Below, in pieces: positions 45,014-53,489 of a DNA stretch of 64,000 bases. Location: IMG/VR virus record IMGVR_UViG_3300031787_000074. One strand, 5' to 3'. Origin of the DNA: an uncultured virus (IMG/VR IMGVR_UViG_3300031787_000074) (lineage: Duplodnaviria > Heunggongvirae > Uroviricota > Caudoviricetes). Numbering within the stretch: the first letter of the stretch is position 1; each line of letters opens with the position of its first letter. The position numbers were made by a program, and so were the translations under genes. The notes below the pieces were generated by a model. It made no database searches, was not told where the DNA came from, and worked only from the letters and a program-made list of their open reading frames with translations.

Positions 45014-47893
45014 TCAATCGGCTGTATCTGACAGGTCTGCGCTGAACCCTTCGTCAGGGAATGGCTCAACAGTCTTTTGCTTGAGGAACAAGACCACATC
45101 CCCTACGGCTTCAAAAGCATTCCTGAGAGATTCTTCCAACTCAGGCATGTCTTTCTTTCCGTAGCGATCTTGCATCTCGTCTCCGTGCCAGTAGAAGGAG
45201 AACATAATTCTGCCAATTCTGTCCAGGCCCTTCATCAGATCACCGAGGTGCTGATCTATCATGCTATCACTTCTTACGTTTTTAAGAAGTGAACCCATCA
45301 TAGCAGTATCAAACACTTCTTTTTGCCCAGACTGTGCGGCGTTGTAGCCGATAGCCATAGTCTTGGGGTCAGGAAGCCTTGGGTCATAAAGCTGTTCGTT
45401 ACCAACCAGCTGGCTGGAAGACGGCATGACAGGCAGAGCTTCTTGCTGGGGATACAGCGACTGAACGCTGCCCAACATTGTCTGCTCTAGGCCTGAAGGA
45501 GGAGAGGGGAAAGGAGGAACGCTGGTTGTTCCGCCCATTCTTGGATCGATAGGATCTCCAGGAGCAGCTTCCTTTACTAAGGTTTCAAGCCACTCAGGAG
45601 GAGATACCACAAAGTCCACAGACTTTTTGGCAGCCGCCTTTTCAATTATGGCTCTTGCCTGCTTTTCCCTTAGAGACCAGTCGCGAACAAGGTGAATGAC
45701 TGCTGTCTTTGGTGTAAGCCTTACGTCATTAACAAGAACTTCCGTTCCGTTATGCTTGACGTTAAGAGAAGCTGTCTTTTCGTAGATGGCCTTCTGAAGG
45801 TCAAGAAGATTGCCATAGGCTACTGGAGACTTCTCGCTACGGTCAGCGTGATGGTCTCCAGGCTCTTCTAGCTTGATTACCTTAAAGCCCTCAGGAACAT
45901 AAACTTCGTTGTTCATGTTCCTGAGCCGACCGCCGGTCTTATTGGTCAGGTGTAGGATGGATGAGCATCCGCAACCCCAGCCAATATTGTGACCGTCGCG
46001 TCCATAACCCCAATAGCTGTCCTTGTTTCCTTCCATCTTTGGAAGATAGCCAGGACGATCTGTTGAGGCGTAGTCCATAAAGTGGACTTTGAAAGAAGCG
46101 CCAGCGTCGTCTTCTTCAAGTTTCTCCACAACCCTGAAAGGAAGCGTTCCTTCCCTTCCATGGCAGAAGATTATGTAGCAGCCGTCTTCCTTTAGGGCAG
46201 ATGGCTTGGCTTCTGGAAGACTTTCGCACAATTTAACGCAATCGTCTTCCTGAGTCTCTCTTTCACGAGACCAGAGATGACCAGCGTGAATGTTTGTCCA
46301 TGACTTCTTTTCATCGTCTAGGTCTACGATGGTAGCAAAGTTGGCTGTTCCCTTAGGACCTACTGGTCCGTGGATAACCAAAGACTTGCAGAAAGAAGAT
46401 GGGCGGCAAAGTATGTCATAAACGCCAGTTTGAGGAGGATTGGTTAGCTTCAGAGGCGTTTGAACCTCGTAAGCTATTCCGGTCTCTGGCCTTTCGTCAC
46501 GGATCGAGAATCCTTCAGACAAGATTTTTTCTTTTTCCTTGTCAGTAGGCTCAAAAGCCACACCGCGCTGCACCACGGTCTTCATAGTAAGTACAGCTAC
46601 AGTGCCTGCCTTCTTGGTCATGTCGCCATTCTTGGCTTCAAGAACTCCCTTGCCGGCAGTTGGAGACTTCTGCTTTGGCTTCTTTTTCTTATCGATACTT
46701 TCCATCATTTCCTGGAAAGGACCTTTCTTGGCTGCTCCTTCCTTGTAGTATTCGTCGTCATCGTCTCTACGACGCCTTTTGGAAGTAAGCGCGTTGTAAA
46801 GAGCGTAAGCTCCGCCTAGGCCTAGACCTACGGCTGGAATTCTAAATCCTTGAGGTATGTAGTTCAGACCTGGGATAACTCCAGCGTAATCTTCTACAGC
46901 GTTGTAGCCAGATACGATAGGGTCGTACCAGTTTTCTTGTTTTTTTGCGGGCGGCGGAGGAGCAACTTTTGGCTCTTCAGCCTTTGGCTGATTAACTGCC
47001 TTAGGTTGTTTTGGTCCAGTCAATGGGTTAGCGACAGAGCTAGTTAAAGCTCCTAGAGGGCCTGCGGAGCTAGCTCCTACTAAGCTGGCAGCCTGATTAG
47101 CACGCGCCTTATTGACTGCATCTATAGAAACAAGTCCAGTATTGTTTGAATGATCGGCGGCTTCCTTGACAGCTTCTTTTAGCTCGCTGCTTTTATAAAA
47201 CTTGCCGATAGAGTCCATGATGGCTGGATACTTTTCCATGCCGTCTAGAAGGGCCAGTACCGTTTCTTTTCCGGCAGCCTTCAAAAAGCCAGGCAAGTCT
47301 TTTATACCTTCGTACTTGCTGTCATTCAGAGGATTGCTGGTGGCAAAATGGGCAAAAGCAATCTTTCCGTCCAACATGCTTCCACGATTGTCAGAAGCAA
47401 ACTTGGCTGGAGGCCTTGAAAATGCCTGCAGGTCTGGAGATAGAACGCCTAGAGCCTGAAGGTTTCTGTTTGTCTCGCTGCCAAGGCTCATAGGCTTGCG
47501 GCGAAGAATATAGTTCAGCCAGTTTTCCTTTAGAGGAACGAACTGATCCTGATCTTTGATATACAGAAGCTCCGTTCCCTTTAGATCGCCGTTTAGAAAG
47601 AAGACTGGGCAGTATAGCCACTGAGAACCAATCTTAAATCCAAATACGCCAACGGCTTTAGTGTTGTCGTCATTTCTGTCCATCAGCTGGAAGCCAACTT
47701 CGTAATCAAGCAACGAAGGTGCTTTGTCCTTGATGAACGCATGAGCCAAGTTGCTAAAAGCTTGCTCAAACTGCGTATCGTTACCGTCGCCGCCAAGAGC
47801 TGCAGACTTTTCGCTGCCCCAACCGGCAAGGTATTCGCGCATTAGTGAACGGCATTCTTTTAGATGCTGTAGAGTCTTGCTAGACATCGACAT
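45014..47893 (-). CDS. Large putative head protein/polyprotein with internal TM segment
   Basis: 959 aa. Globular blocks separated by K-x-A sites (KSAA, KFAS, KEAA, KKAG, KTAS, KEAA); AVGLGLGGAYALYNAL followed by KRRRRDDDD. Confidence 0.6.
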   Translation of the reverse strand: MSMSSKTLQHLKECRSLMREYLAGWGSEKSAALGGDGNDTQFEQAFSNLAHAFIKDKAPSLLDYEVGFQLMDRNDDNTKAVGVFGFKIGSQWLYCPVFFLNGDLKGTELLYIKDQDQFVPLKENWLNYILRRKPMSLGSETNRNLQALGVLSPDLQAFSRPPAKFASDNRGSMLDGKIAFAHFATSNPLNDSKYEGIKDLPGFLKAAGKETVLALLDGMEKYPAIMDSIGKFYKSSELKEAVKEAADHSNNTGLVSIDAVNKARANQAASLVGASSAGPLGALTSSVANPLTGPKQPKAVNQPKAEEPKVAPPPPAKKQENWYDPIVSGYNAVEDYAGVIPGLNYIPQGFRIPAVGLGLGGAYALYNALTSKRRRRDDDDEYYKEGAAKKGPFQEMMESIDKKKKPKQKSPTAGKGVLEAKNGDMTKKAGTVAVLTMKTVVQRGVAFEPTDKEKEKILSEGFSIRDERPETGIAYEVQTPLKLTNPPQTGVYDILCRPSSFCKSLVIHGPVGPKGTANFATIVDLDDEKKSWTNIHAGHLWSRERETQEDDCVKLCESLPEAKPSALKEDGCYIIFCHGREGTLPFRVVEKLEEDDAGASFKVHFMDYASTDRPGYLPKMEGNKDSYWGYGRDGHNIGWGCGCSSILHLTNKTGGRLRNMNNEVYVPEGFKVIKLEEPGDHHADRSEKSPVAYGNLLDLQKAIYEKTASLNVKHNGTEVLVNDVRLTPKTAVIHLVRDWSLREKQARAIIEKAAAKKSVDFVVSPPEWLETLVKEAAPGDPIDPRMGGTTSVPPFPSPPSGLEQTMLGSVQSLYPQQEALPVMPSSSQLVGNEQLYDPRLPDPKTMAIGYNAAQSGQKEVFDTAMMGSLLKNVRSDSMIDQHLGDLMKGLDRIGRIMFSFYWHGDEMQDRYGKKDMPELEESLRNAFEAVGDVVLFLKQKTVEPFPDEGFSADLSDTAD

Positions 47894-47922
47894 GAGACAC
47901 CTCTCTGGCTGCTGCTATCGAA

Positions 47923-47951
47923 ATTATGTCACGTTGTCTAAAATGAATCAA
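47923..47951 (-). promoter_or_regulatory. Candidate sigma70-type promoter
   Basis: TTGATT-17 bp-CATAAT with extended TGn, upstream of the GAGGTG SD of the 959-aa gene. Confidence 0.6.
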
Positions 47952-47959
47952 TTACAATG

Positions 47960-48490
47960 CTATTTACCAGGCTTTTGGCCGTGCCACCAGTTGCTAATAT
48001 AACCTTTGGCTTGATTGAAGGCTGGTTGAACATAGTTGTTAGCAATGTATTTATTAGTCATATCTGTTTTAATTTTGTTAAATTGACCACTTATATTGTT
48101 AGCTAAGTTTTCATAAGCTGGACCGCCTAAAGACTTAGCGTCTTCTCCGCCTCTAAGCGCCAGATTAGCTAAAGCTCCAACTCCAGCCAAGCCTCCAACA
48201 GAACCTACAGCTTTAAATATTGGAGAACCTAGACTAGCTACCAACCCGTAGGCATTTTCTGGATTCATGTAATTACTCAAAGCCCAAGGAGGTGTTCCTG
48301 GAGGCGGAGTATACTTTGGCTGAGCTGGCTGTTGCGGCTGAGCTGGAGCCGCCGGAGCTGTAGGCTTTTGAATTGGTTTAGCTGTTTGATTTGCAGCGTC
48401 CAGCATTGGATTGCCGCCAGCTGGTTGCTGTAAGGCAGACTTTACAAAGCTAATTGCAGCCTTTTGAGCTAATAGCTGTGCTATCCGCAT
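47960..48490 (-). CDS. Putative head-internal protein (K-x-A leader, Pro/Gln linker, Gly-rich hydrophobic segment)
   Basis: 176 aa. QKAAISFVKSA leader; AVGSVGGLAGVGALANLAL. Confidence 0.55.
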   Translation of the reverse strand: MRIAQLLAQKAAISFVKSALQQPAGGNPMLDAANQTAKPIQKPTAPAAPAQPQQPAQPKYTPPPGTPPWALSNYMNPENAYGLVASLGSPIFKAVGSVGGLAGVGALANLALRGGEDAKSLGGPAYENLANNISGQFNKIKTDMTNKYIANNYVQPAFNQAKGYISNWWHGQKPGK

Positions 48491-48498
48491 GTCTCACC

Positions 48499-49989
48499 TT
48501 AAGAATGATGGCTTCCAACTTGTTTTAGGATTTCTCTGAACTTGTTGTTCAGGTCTTCCTTTTCTCTAGCTATTCCTTCTATTATCTCATCGCCAGTTCT
48601 ATATTTTTTAGCTCCAAGCATTTTAGAGAAGAAGCTGGGCTCTTCAGCCTGACTTATATACTTTTGTATAATAACGTCTTTCAGCTCTTCAGGTAAACCT
48701 ACGTGAGAATCGAACCTTAGGCCTCTTCCTTTAGCCTGTTGAGTTCTCGACTCATGGAAGTGAGGGTCAAGTATTTGTATAAGACTGGTGCCCTTGGTGC
48801 TTAAACCTTCTGCTCCAGCGGGACCAATCAATAAAGCTCTTAATTTACCAGCGTTGTAAGCATCTACGGCTTTCTTACGCTCTCTTTCCTTTACTCCTCC
48901 ATGGAAAAACCCGTAAGGAATTTTCTCTTTGGCTAGAGCCGCAGCGTATGGGTCTAATCCTGCGCCTATATAGTTAGAGTATATCAAAGCTTTTTTACGC
49001 TTATCTTCTTGTAGAACTTGTTTTAAGTTTTTTAAAGCTTCAGTCAACTTACCTGACTGCTGGAAAGACTTTATAAGATTCTTGTCTGCTCTAAACGGCG
49101 AAGTAGACAGACCTACTTGTCTAAGACCTGTCATGAAGCTGTTCAGCCTCTTTGACTCTTCTGCAGATAGGGGAAACTCTCTGTCTAGTTTCCATAAAAA
49201 CTTAAGAGGAATCTTTTCCCTGATAGCGCTTTGAATTCTTTGCTGTTCTTGAGTTAGAGGAACTTTTATTAGCTGCTCGTTTATGCTGACGCCTTCTGGA
49301 AGCTTTCCTGGCTGGTAATCAACTTTATTTTCAAGAAGCTTACGAAGTATGTGTTCGTTTCTTATTGTTTCTCTTTCGCCTGGCATGATGCCTCTAAGTT
49401 TGGCGAAGAAACCTGGGTCTACTCTTTTCTTTCGTATAAAAGCTTTGTTGAAATCTTCAGGATCTATCTTGAAACCGGTAAGCATTGATAGCGGAGTAGC
49501 CAAATCAGATGGTTCGTTGACTATTGGAGACCCAGACAAGAGCATCAGCTGATTGGCTCTATTAGCGGCTCTGGCTATAGCCTCAGTTGCGGCTGAAGTT
49601 GGGCTTCTGAGCCTATGCGCTTCATCTACGATTATTGTTTTAGGAGGCTGTTTGAACTTTTTGCCTAAAGCCGCGCCTGTGTAAGAGAGTATTTCAGGCT
49701 CGCTACCGGTGGTGAATCTGTCTACTTCTTTCTGGAAGTTTTCTCTTAGGCTTGCTGGGGCTATTACGCCGTAATCGTCACCGAATTTCTTTTTGGCGGC
49801 TTCGGCTGCAAGTATTGAAGCTAAAGTTTTGCCGGTTCCTAAGCCGTGGTAGACCAACATCTTAGGACTTTTTGTAACTAATTTCTTAGCGACTCTAAGC
49901 TGATGAGCCTGAGGAATTACCTCAGGCTTCATCTCCGCGCTCTTCCCAATCTCTGAGAAGAGCGCTATTAGCTTGGAGTATTGATTCAT
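48499..49989 (-). CDS. SF2 (SNF2-related) helicase/ATPase resembling NCLDV NPH-I/VETF (D11/D6-like)
   Basis: MLVYHGLGTGKT, IIVDEAH, LLSGSPIVN, GAEGLSTKG and ILDPHFHESRTQQAKGRGLRFDSH..LP motifs. Confidence 0.85.
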   Translation of the reverse strand: MNQYSKLIALFSEIGKSAEMKPEVIPQAHQLRVAKKLVTKSPKMLVYHGLGTGKTLASILAAEAAKKKFGDDYGVIAPASLRENFQKEVDRFTTGSEPEILSYTGAALGKKFKQPPKTIIVDEAHRLRSPTSAATEAIARAANRANQLMLLSGSPIVNEPSDLATPLSMLTGFKIDPEDFNKAFIRKKRVDPGFFAKLRGIMPGERETIRNEHILRKLLENKVDYQPGKLPEGVSINEQLIKVPLTQEQQRIQSAIREKIPLKFLWKLDREFPLSAEESKRLNSFMTGLRQVGLSTSPFRADKNLIKSFQQSGKLTEALKNLKQVLQEDKRKKALIYSNYIGAGLDPYAAALAKEKIPYGFFHGGVKERERKKAVDAYNAGKLRALLIGPAGAEGLSTKGTSLIQILDPHFHESRTQQAKGRGLRFDSHVGLPEELKDVIIQKYISQAEEPSFFSKMLGAKKYRTGDEIIEGIAREKEDLNNKFREILKQVGSHHS

Positions 49990-49995
49990 CTGTGA

Positions 49996-50928
49996 TTACT
50001 TCTTCTTTGGAAGATTGTCCATCACATCGATCTTGGAATAAGGCTTCTTTGAGCTCTTATCCTTGTAGTTCATACCCTCTGACCCGCAAGAAGAAGCGGC
50101 TTGCTTGAGGGTGTTGAGCATCCTTATTACTCTGTACTTCCTGTCTAGGCTTTCTTTTACGCTAGCCGTAGTTGTTTTAAACTCAGACTTTCCACTTTCA
50201 GTGTTTTTAGTCTGAGCCTTTGAAGTATCTTCTTTAGGCTTGGCTGCTTCAGGCTTGGGAGCTTCAGCCGCAGGTGGTTTAGCTGGAGAAGAAACATCTC
50301 CTCCGGCTATTGCGTTACCTACGTTTGTACCCCTACGCTTTACTTCTTTAAAATTAGCTTTTGCGTTATCTAAAGCTTTAGACCCAAGTTCTTGAATTTT
50401 GCTCAATCCCTGAGTTGCTAATTCTTTTCCTTTTCCGTAGCTGGAATCTGCAAACTGCCCTGGAACTCTTGTCGCATAGCCTAGGTAACCGCCTAAGCCT
50501 TTTGCTCCTCGGGCAGCAGCAGCGTGCCTGCTTTTCTGTTGTTCTAGAAGACCTGGTAGCTCAGATATTTGTTCAGGAGAAAGCCCACCTTGTTCAAGAG
50601 CCTCTTGATATTTTTTTAGATCTGCTTCTGTAGGCTCTTGCCCCATCATCGACAATTCTGTGGCTCCGCCTAAAAGGCCCGCGCCCGCAGTGCCGCCAAG
50701 TAGCCCATACAGAAGAGCATTACGTAAACGGTTCTTCTTTGATAGCGCTAGACCGCCTAGACCGCCCAAAGCCAGTCCAGGAACGCCGCCAGCAATTGCT
50801 GAAGCGACAGTCGGGTCTAGGTTAGAGGTACTTATCTCTTTTGGATCTACTATCGTGGATAGATCTCCTTCGGCAGCCAATTTCTTTAGTGCGGCGGCTT
50901 TCAGGCTAAGCTCTGTCAAATTGCTCAT
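49996..50928 (-). CDS. Putative head-internal protein with glycine-zipper hairpin
   Basis: 310 aa. LKAAALKKLAA leader; AIAGGVPGLALGGLGGLAL-KKNRLRN-ALLYGLLGGTAGAGLLGG. Confidence 0.55.
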   Translation of the reverse strand: MSNLTELSLKAAALKKLAAEGDLSTIVDPKEISTSNLDPTVASAIAGGVPGLALGGLGGLALSKKNRLRNALLYGLLGGTAGAGLLGGATELSMMGQEPTEADLKKYQEALEQGGLSPEQISELPGLLEQQKSRHAAAARGAKGLGGYLGYATRVPGQFADSSYGKGKELATQGLSKIQELGSKALDNAKANFKEVKRRGTNVGNAIAGGDVSSPAKPPAAEAPKPEAAKPKEDTSKAQTKNTESGKSEFKTTTASVKESLDRKYRVIRMLNTLKQAASSCGSEGMNYKDKSSKKPYSKIDVMDNLPKKK

Positions 50929-50978
50929 GATACACCTCGGTGTGGGTCTTGAAATAAATACTATCGTAACTGTTACCT

Positions 50979-53489
50979 TTATGCTAGCTCTTCGTCAGCA
51001 TCTTCCTTTTTCTTACGCCTATCTTCTTTTAACTTAGTTAAATAGTCATATAGCTTATATATACCGTAAGCACCGCCGCCAAGAGCGGCTGTTGCGCCCA
51101 AGCCTTGAACCCATGGAGCAACCTTGTGAGAAGTGGCAGTAATATTGCCAGGCTGCTCAAGAGCCTTGACTATACCCATGTACAAAGGCCCGATTGTCGC
51201 AGGGTTAACCCCCTGGTGAGGCTGAGCAGCTGACATGGCGTGAGCAGCGGCAGCCGTTGTCGGATCTTTTGTCAGAGCTTCGTAAATAAGCTTGGATTGT
51301 TCCCTGTCTGGAGTTGGATGGGCTTTCTGTACATCCTGCACTATCTGATGCATCCTGCTCATGGTGTCCACGACGCCCTGACGCCCAGATCCGTATCCTA
51401 GAAGCCTTTGCATAGCTGCGTTTTGCTTTGAGGCGGCTTCTGGAGTAGCGGCTGACTGCGCAAAAGCCGATTCTATGTCTTGTCTTTCTGCATCCGAAAG
51501 ACTGGCTTTGCGCTTGCTGATCAAATCAAACAGTTTTTCAGCTGTGGCTTTGCTCTGAAGCCTGTTGTACTTGGTATCTTTTGAGAAGAATCGCATGGGG
51601 TTGGCGTGAGCCAAGTATCCGCCGAGTGTAGCTTCTTCTTCTGGCTTGTCTGTGCTCTTTAGCTCTGCCTGCGGAGCTATGATGCCGGTAAGTTCTTCAA
51701 TCCAGTCTTTCTTGTACTTATCCTCAGGCGAAATATTCTTATCAAAGTCAGGCTGGGGATAAGTAGGCTTTCTATTCATGCCAGCTCGAGATTTAATCTC
51801 TACTGTGGCTATTCTTTTGATCAAGTCTTCAAGAGGGTTAACTCCTTCTACAGTTTGCTGCATAAAAGCTGAAGACGGGTCTTTAGCGTAATAGTTGTAG
51901 TGAGAATAATGCCCGCCTTCTGGCTGAGGAACTCCTTCTCTTGTCTCTAGCTTGGGCTGTCCGTGAGTTTGAACTCCCTGAGCGCGTAGAGCTTCAAGAA
52001 TATTCTTTCTCTGAGTGTTCAGCTCTGCGCTGCCTGGCTTGTTTACATCTTTGAACAAAGGTTCAAGAAAAGCGGAGGCAGCTTCTGGAGTTATGCCCCT
52101 AGCCTTAGCTAGTTCTTGTACAGCAAAGTCTTTCTTTGTTTCTATATCCCGGAATCTTTCGTCAAAATCTCTTCTACCTAGATAGTTGGTGCCAGGAATT
52201 CTCTCCCATTCACCTTTTGAGTTCTTTCTGTACTCTGATCCCTCTGTTCCTGGCCTTGGAGGAGGTCCTCCAACATTCATAAGCGGCCCAACCCAGTTTT
52301 CATTACGCGGGCTACGCATCCAGTTCATTATGTCTAAGGCTTTTGTGTTGCCATAAGCTATTGTCGGCAATAGGTTATTGGCTTCTCTGATATATGCAAG
52401 CTGGGCTGTAAGCTTGTCTGGTGCGCTGAACAAATCTTTTACAGCTTCTGATCCGGCTCCAAACCCTTTTGTTCTACCTGGGTTTAAATCCCTAAGTTTG
52501 AAATTAGGCATTACCTGTATGGCGTCTTGCTTAGCATCATGCTCTCTTTTCATTCTCTCTATGACAGCTTTCTCTTCTGGCGTAGCTCCGCCTCTTAGAG
52601 AGCTTGAAAGAATGCCAAACCATCCTGGTCTTTCATCTTTTGGTAGGTTTCCGCGCAACTCGGCTCTAGCAGAAGCCAAGTCTATCTGATTCTGAACGTC
52701 CTCAAGGGTCAGATTCCCTAGTTGCCTGAGTTTCGTACCGCCGTATATTCCAGCGGCACCAGCACCACCTAGCAGGGCAGATCCCAGCAAACCGGCAGTC
52801 GGAAATGAGGCTGTCGAGGGTCTTTTCTTTTTTTTAGCGGTCCTGCTGGGTGATTGCCCAATGTCGAGGTACTCTTTACCTTCTGCATCTTCAAATTGAA
52901 GATTTTCTAGCTCTTCACGATTTGCCTGATTAGCCAACAAATCATTTGCTTCTGCATTAAGTTGCCAGTTTTCAAGCTCATTAAGTCTATTTTTATTTAA
53001 ATCAGGCAGCTCCGCCTTTTTCTCTGACTCTCTAGTTACTTTCTTCCAGTTCTTTGCTGTTGGGTATCCTTTCTCTCCAGGCTTTGCTGGAGCTTCTCCA
53101 CGCTCTTTCTTGGCGTGAATGTTTGCCCAGAGGCCTGGTTTTCCGCCTGCTTCTTTCTGATTTTCTGTCTCAGCTCGCTTACTAAGAGACTGTAGTATCT
53201 CGGCTAGTTTTTCATGAGCGCTGCCACACTTCCATTTACGAAGAGACTTGTTTATTCGGCTATCTGGGTCGTTTGCCGTAGCTTTTGAAGTTAGCTTGGA
53301 CTTCATGCCTTTCATTCTGGCGCAGAAGCTATCTTTTCTTGGACCTCCTTCTGGCTGAGGCCTTTTTATGTCATGGCCTTGGGCTTTTAGGCTCTTACGG
53401 CCTTTCTCGTTCAGACCGCCTTCTGGGTTCTTGCCTTCAGAACGCTGCCAAGCTGGTGATGCGGACTTTTCTGTATCTTCAAGGCTCAT
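50979..53489 (-). CDS. Modular putative head-internal protein (small basic phage modules plus Gly-rich TM segments)
   Basis: 836 aa. AWQRSEGKNPEGGLN...SFCARM...RKWKC module (DUF6321-like, from recall), GLWANIHAKK module, two Gly-rich hydrophobic stretches. Confidence 0.6.
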   Translation of the reverse strand: MSLEDTEKSASPAWQRSEGKNPEGGLNEKGRKSLKAQGHDIKRPQPEGGPRKDSFCARMKGMKSKLTSKATANDPDSRINKSLRKWKCGSAHEKLAEILQSLSKRAETENQKEAGGKPGLWANIHAKKERGEAPAKPGEKGYPTAKNWKKVTRESEKKAELPDLNKNRLNELENWQLNAEANDLLANQANREELENLQFEDAEGKEYLDIGQSPSRTAKKKKRPSTASFPTAGLLGSALLGGAGAAGIYGGTKLRQLGNLTLEDVQNQIDLASARAELRGNLPKDERPGWFGILSSSLRGGATPEEKAVIERMKREHDAKQDAIQVMPNFKLRDLNPGRTKGFGAGSEAVKDLFSAPDKLTAQLAYIREANNLLPTIAYGNTKALDIMNWMRSPRNENWVGPLMNVGGPPPRPGTEGSEYRKNSKGEWERIPGTNYLGRRDFDERFRDIETKKDFAVQELAKARGITPEAASAFLEPLFKDVNKPGSAELNTQRKNILEALRAQGVQTHGQPKLETREGVPQPEGGHYSHYNYYAKDPSSAFMQQTVEGVNPLEDLIKRIATVEIKSRAGMNRKPTYPQPDFDKNISPEDKYKKDWIEELTGIIAPQAELKSTDKPEEEATLGGYLAHANPMRFFSKDTKYNRLQSKATAEKLFDLISKRKASLSDAERQDIESAFAQSAATPEAASKQNAAMQRLLGYGSGRQGVVDTMSRMHQIVQDVQKAHPTPDREQSKLIYEALTKDPTTAAAAHAMSAAQPHQGVNPATIGPLYMGIVKALEQPGNITATSHKVAPWVQGLGATAALGGGAYGIYKLYDYLTKLKEDRRKKKEDADEELA

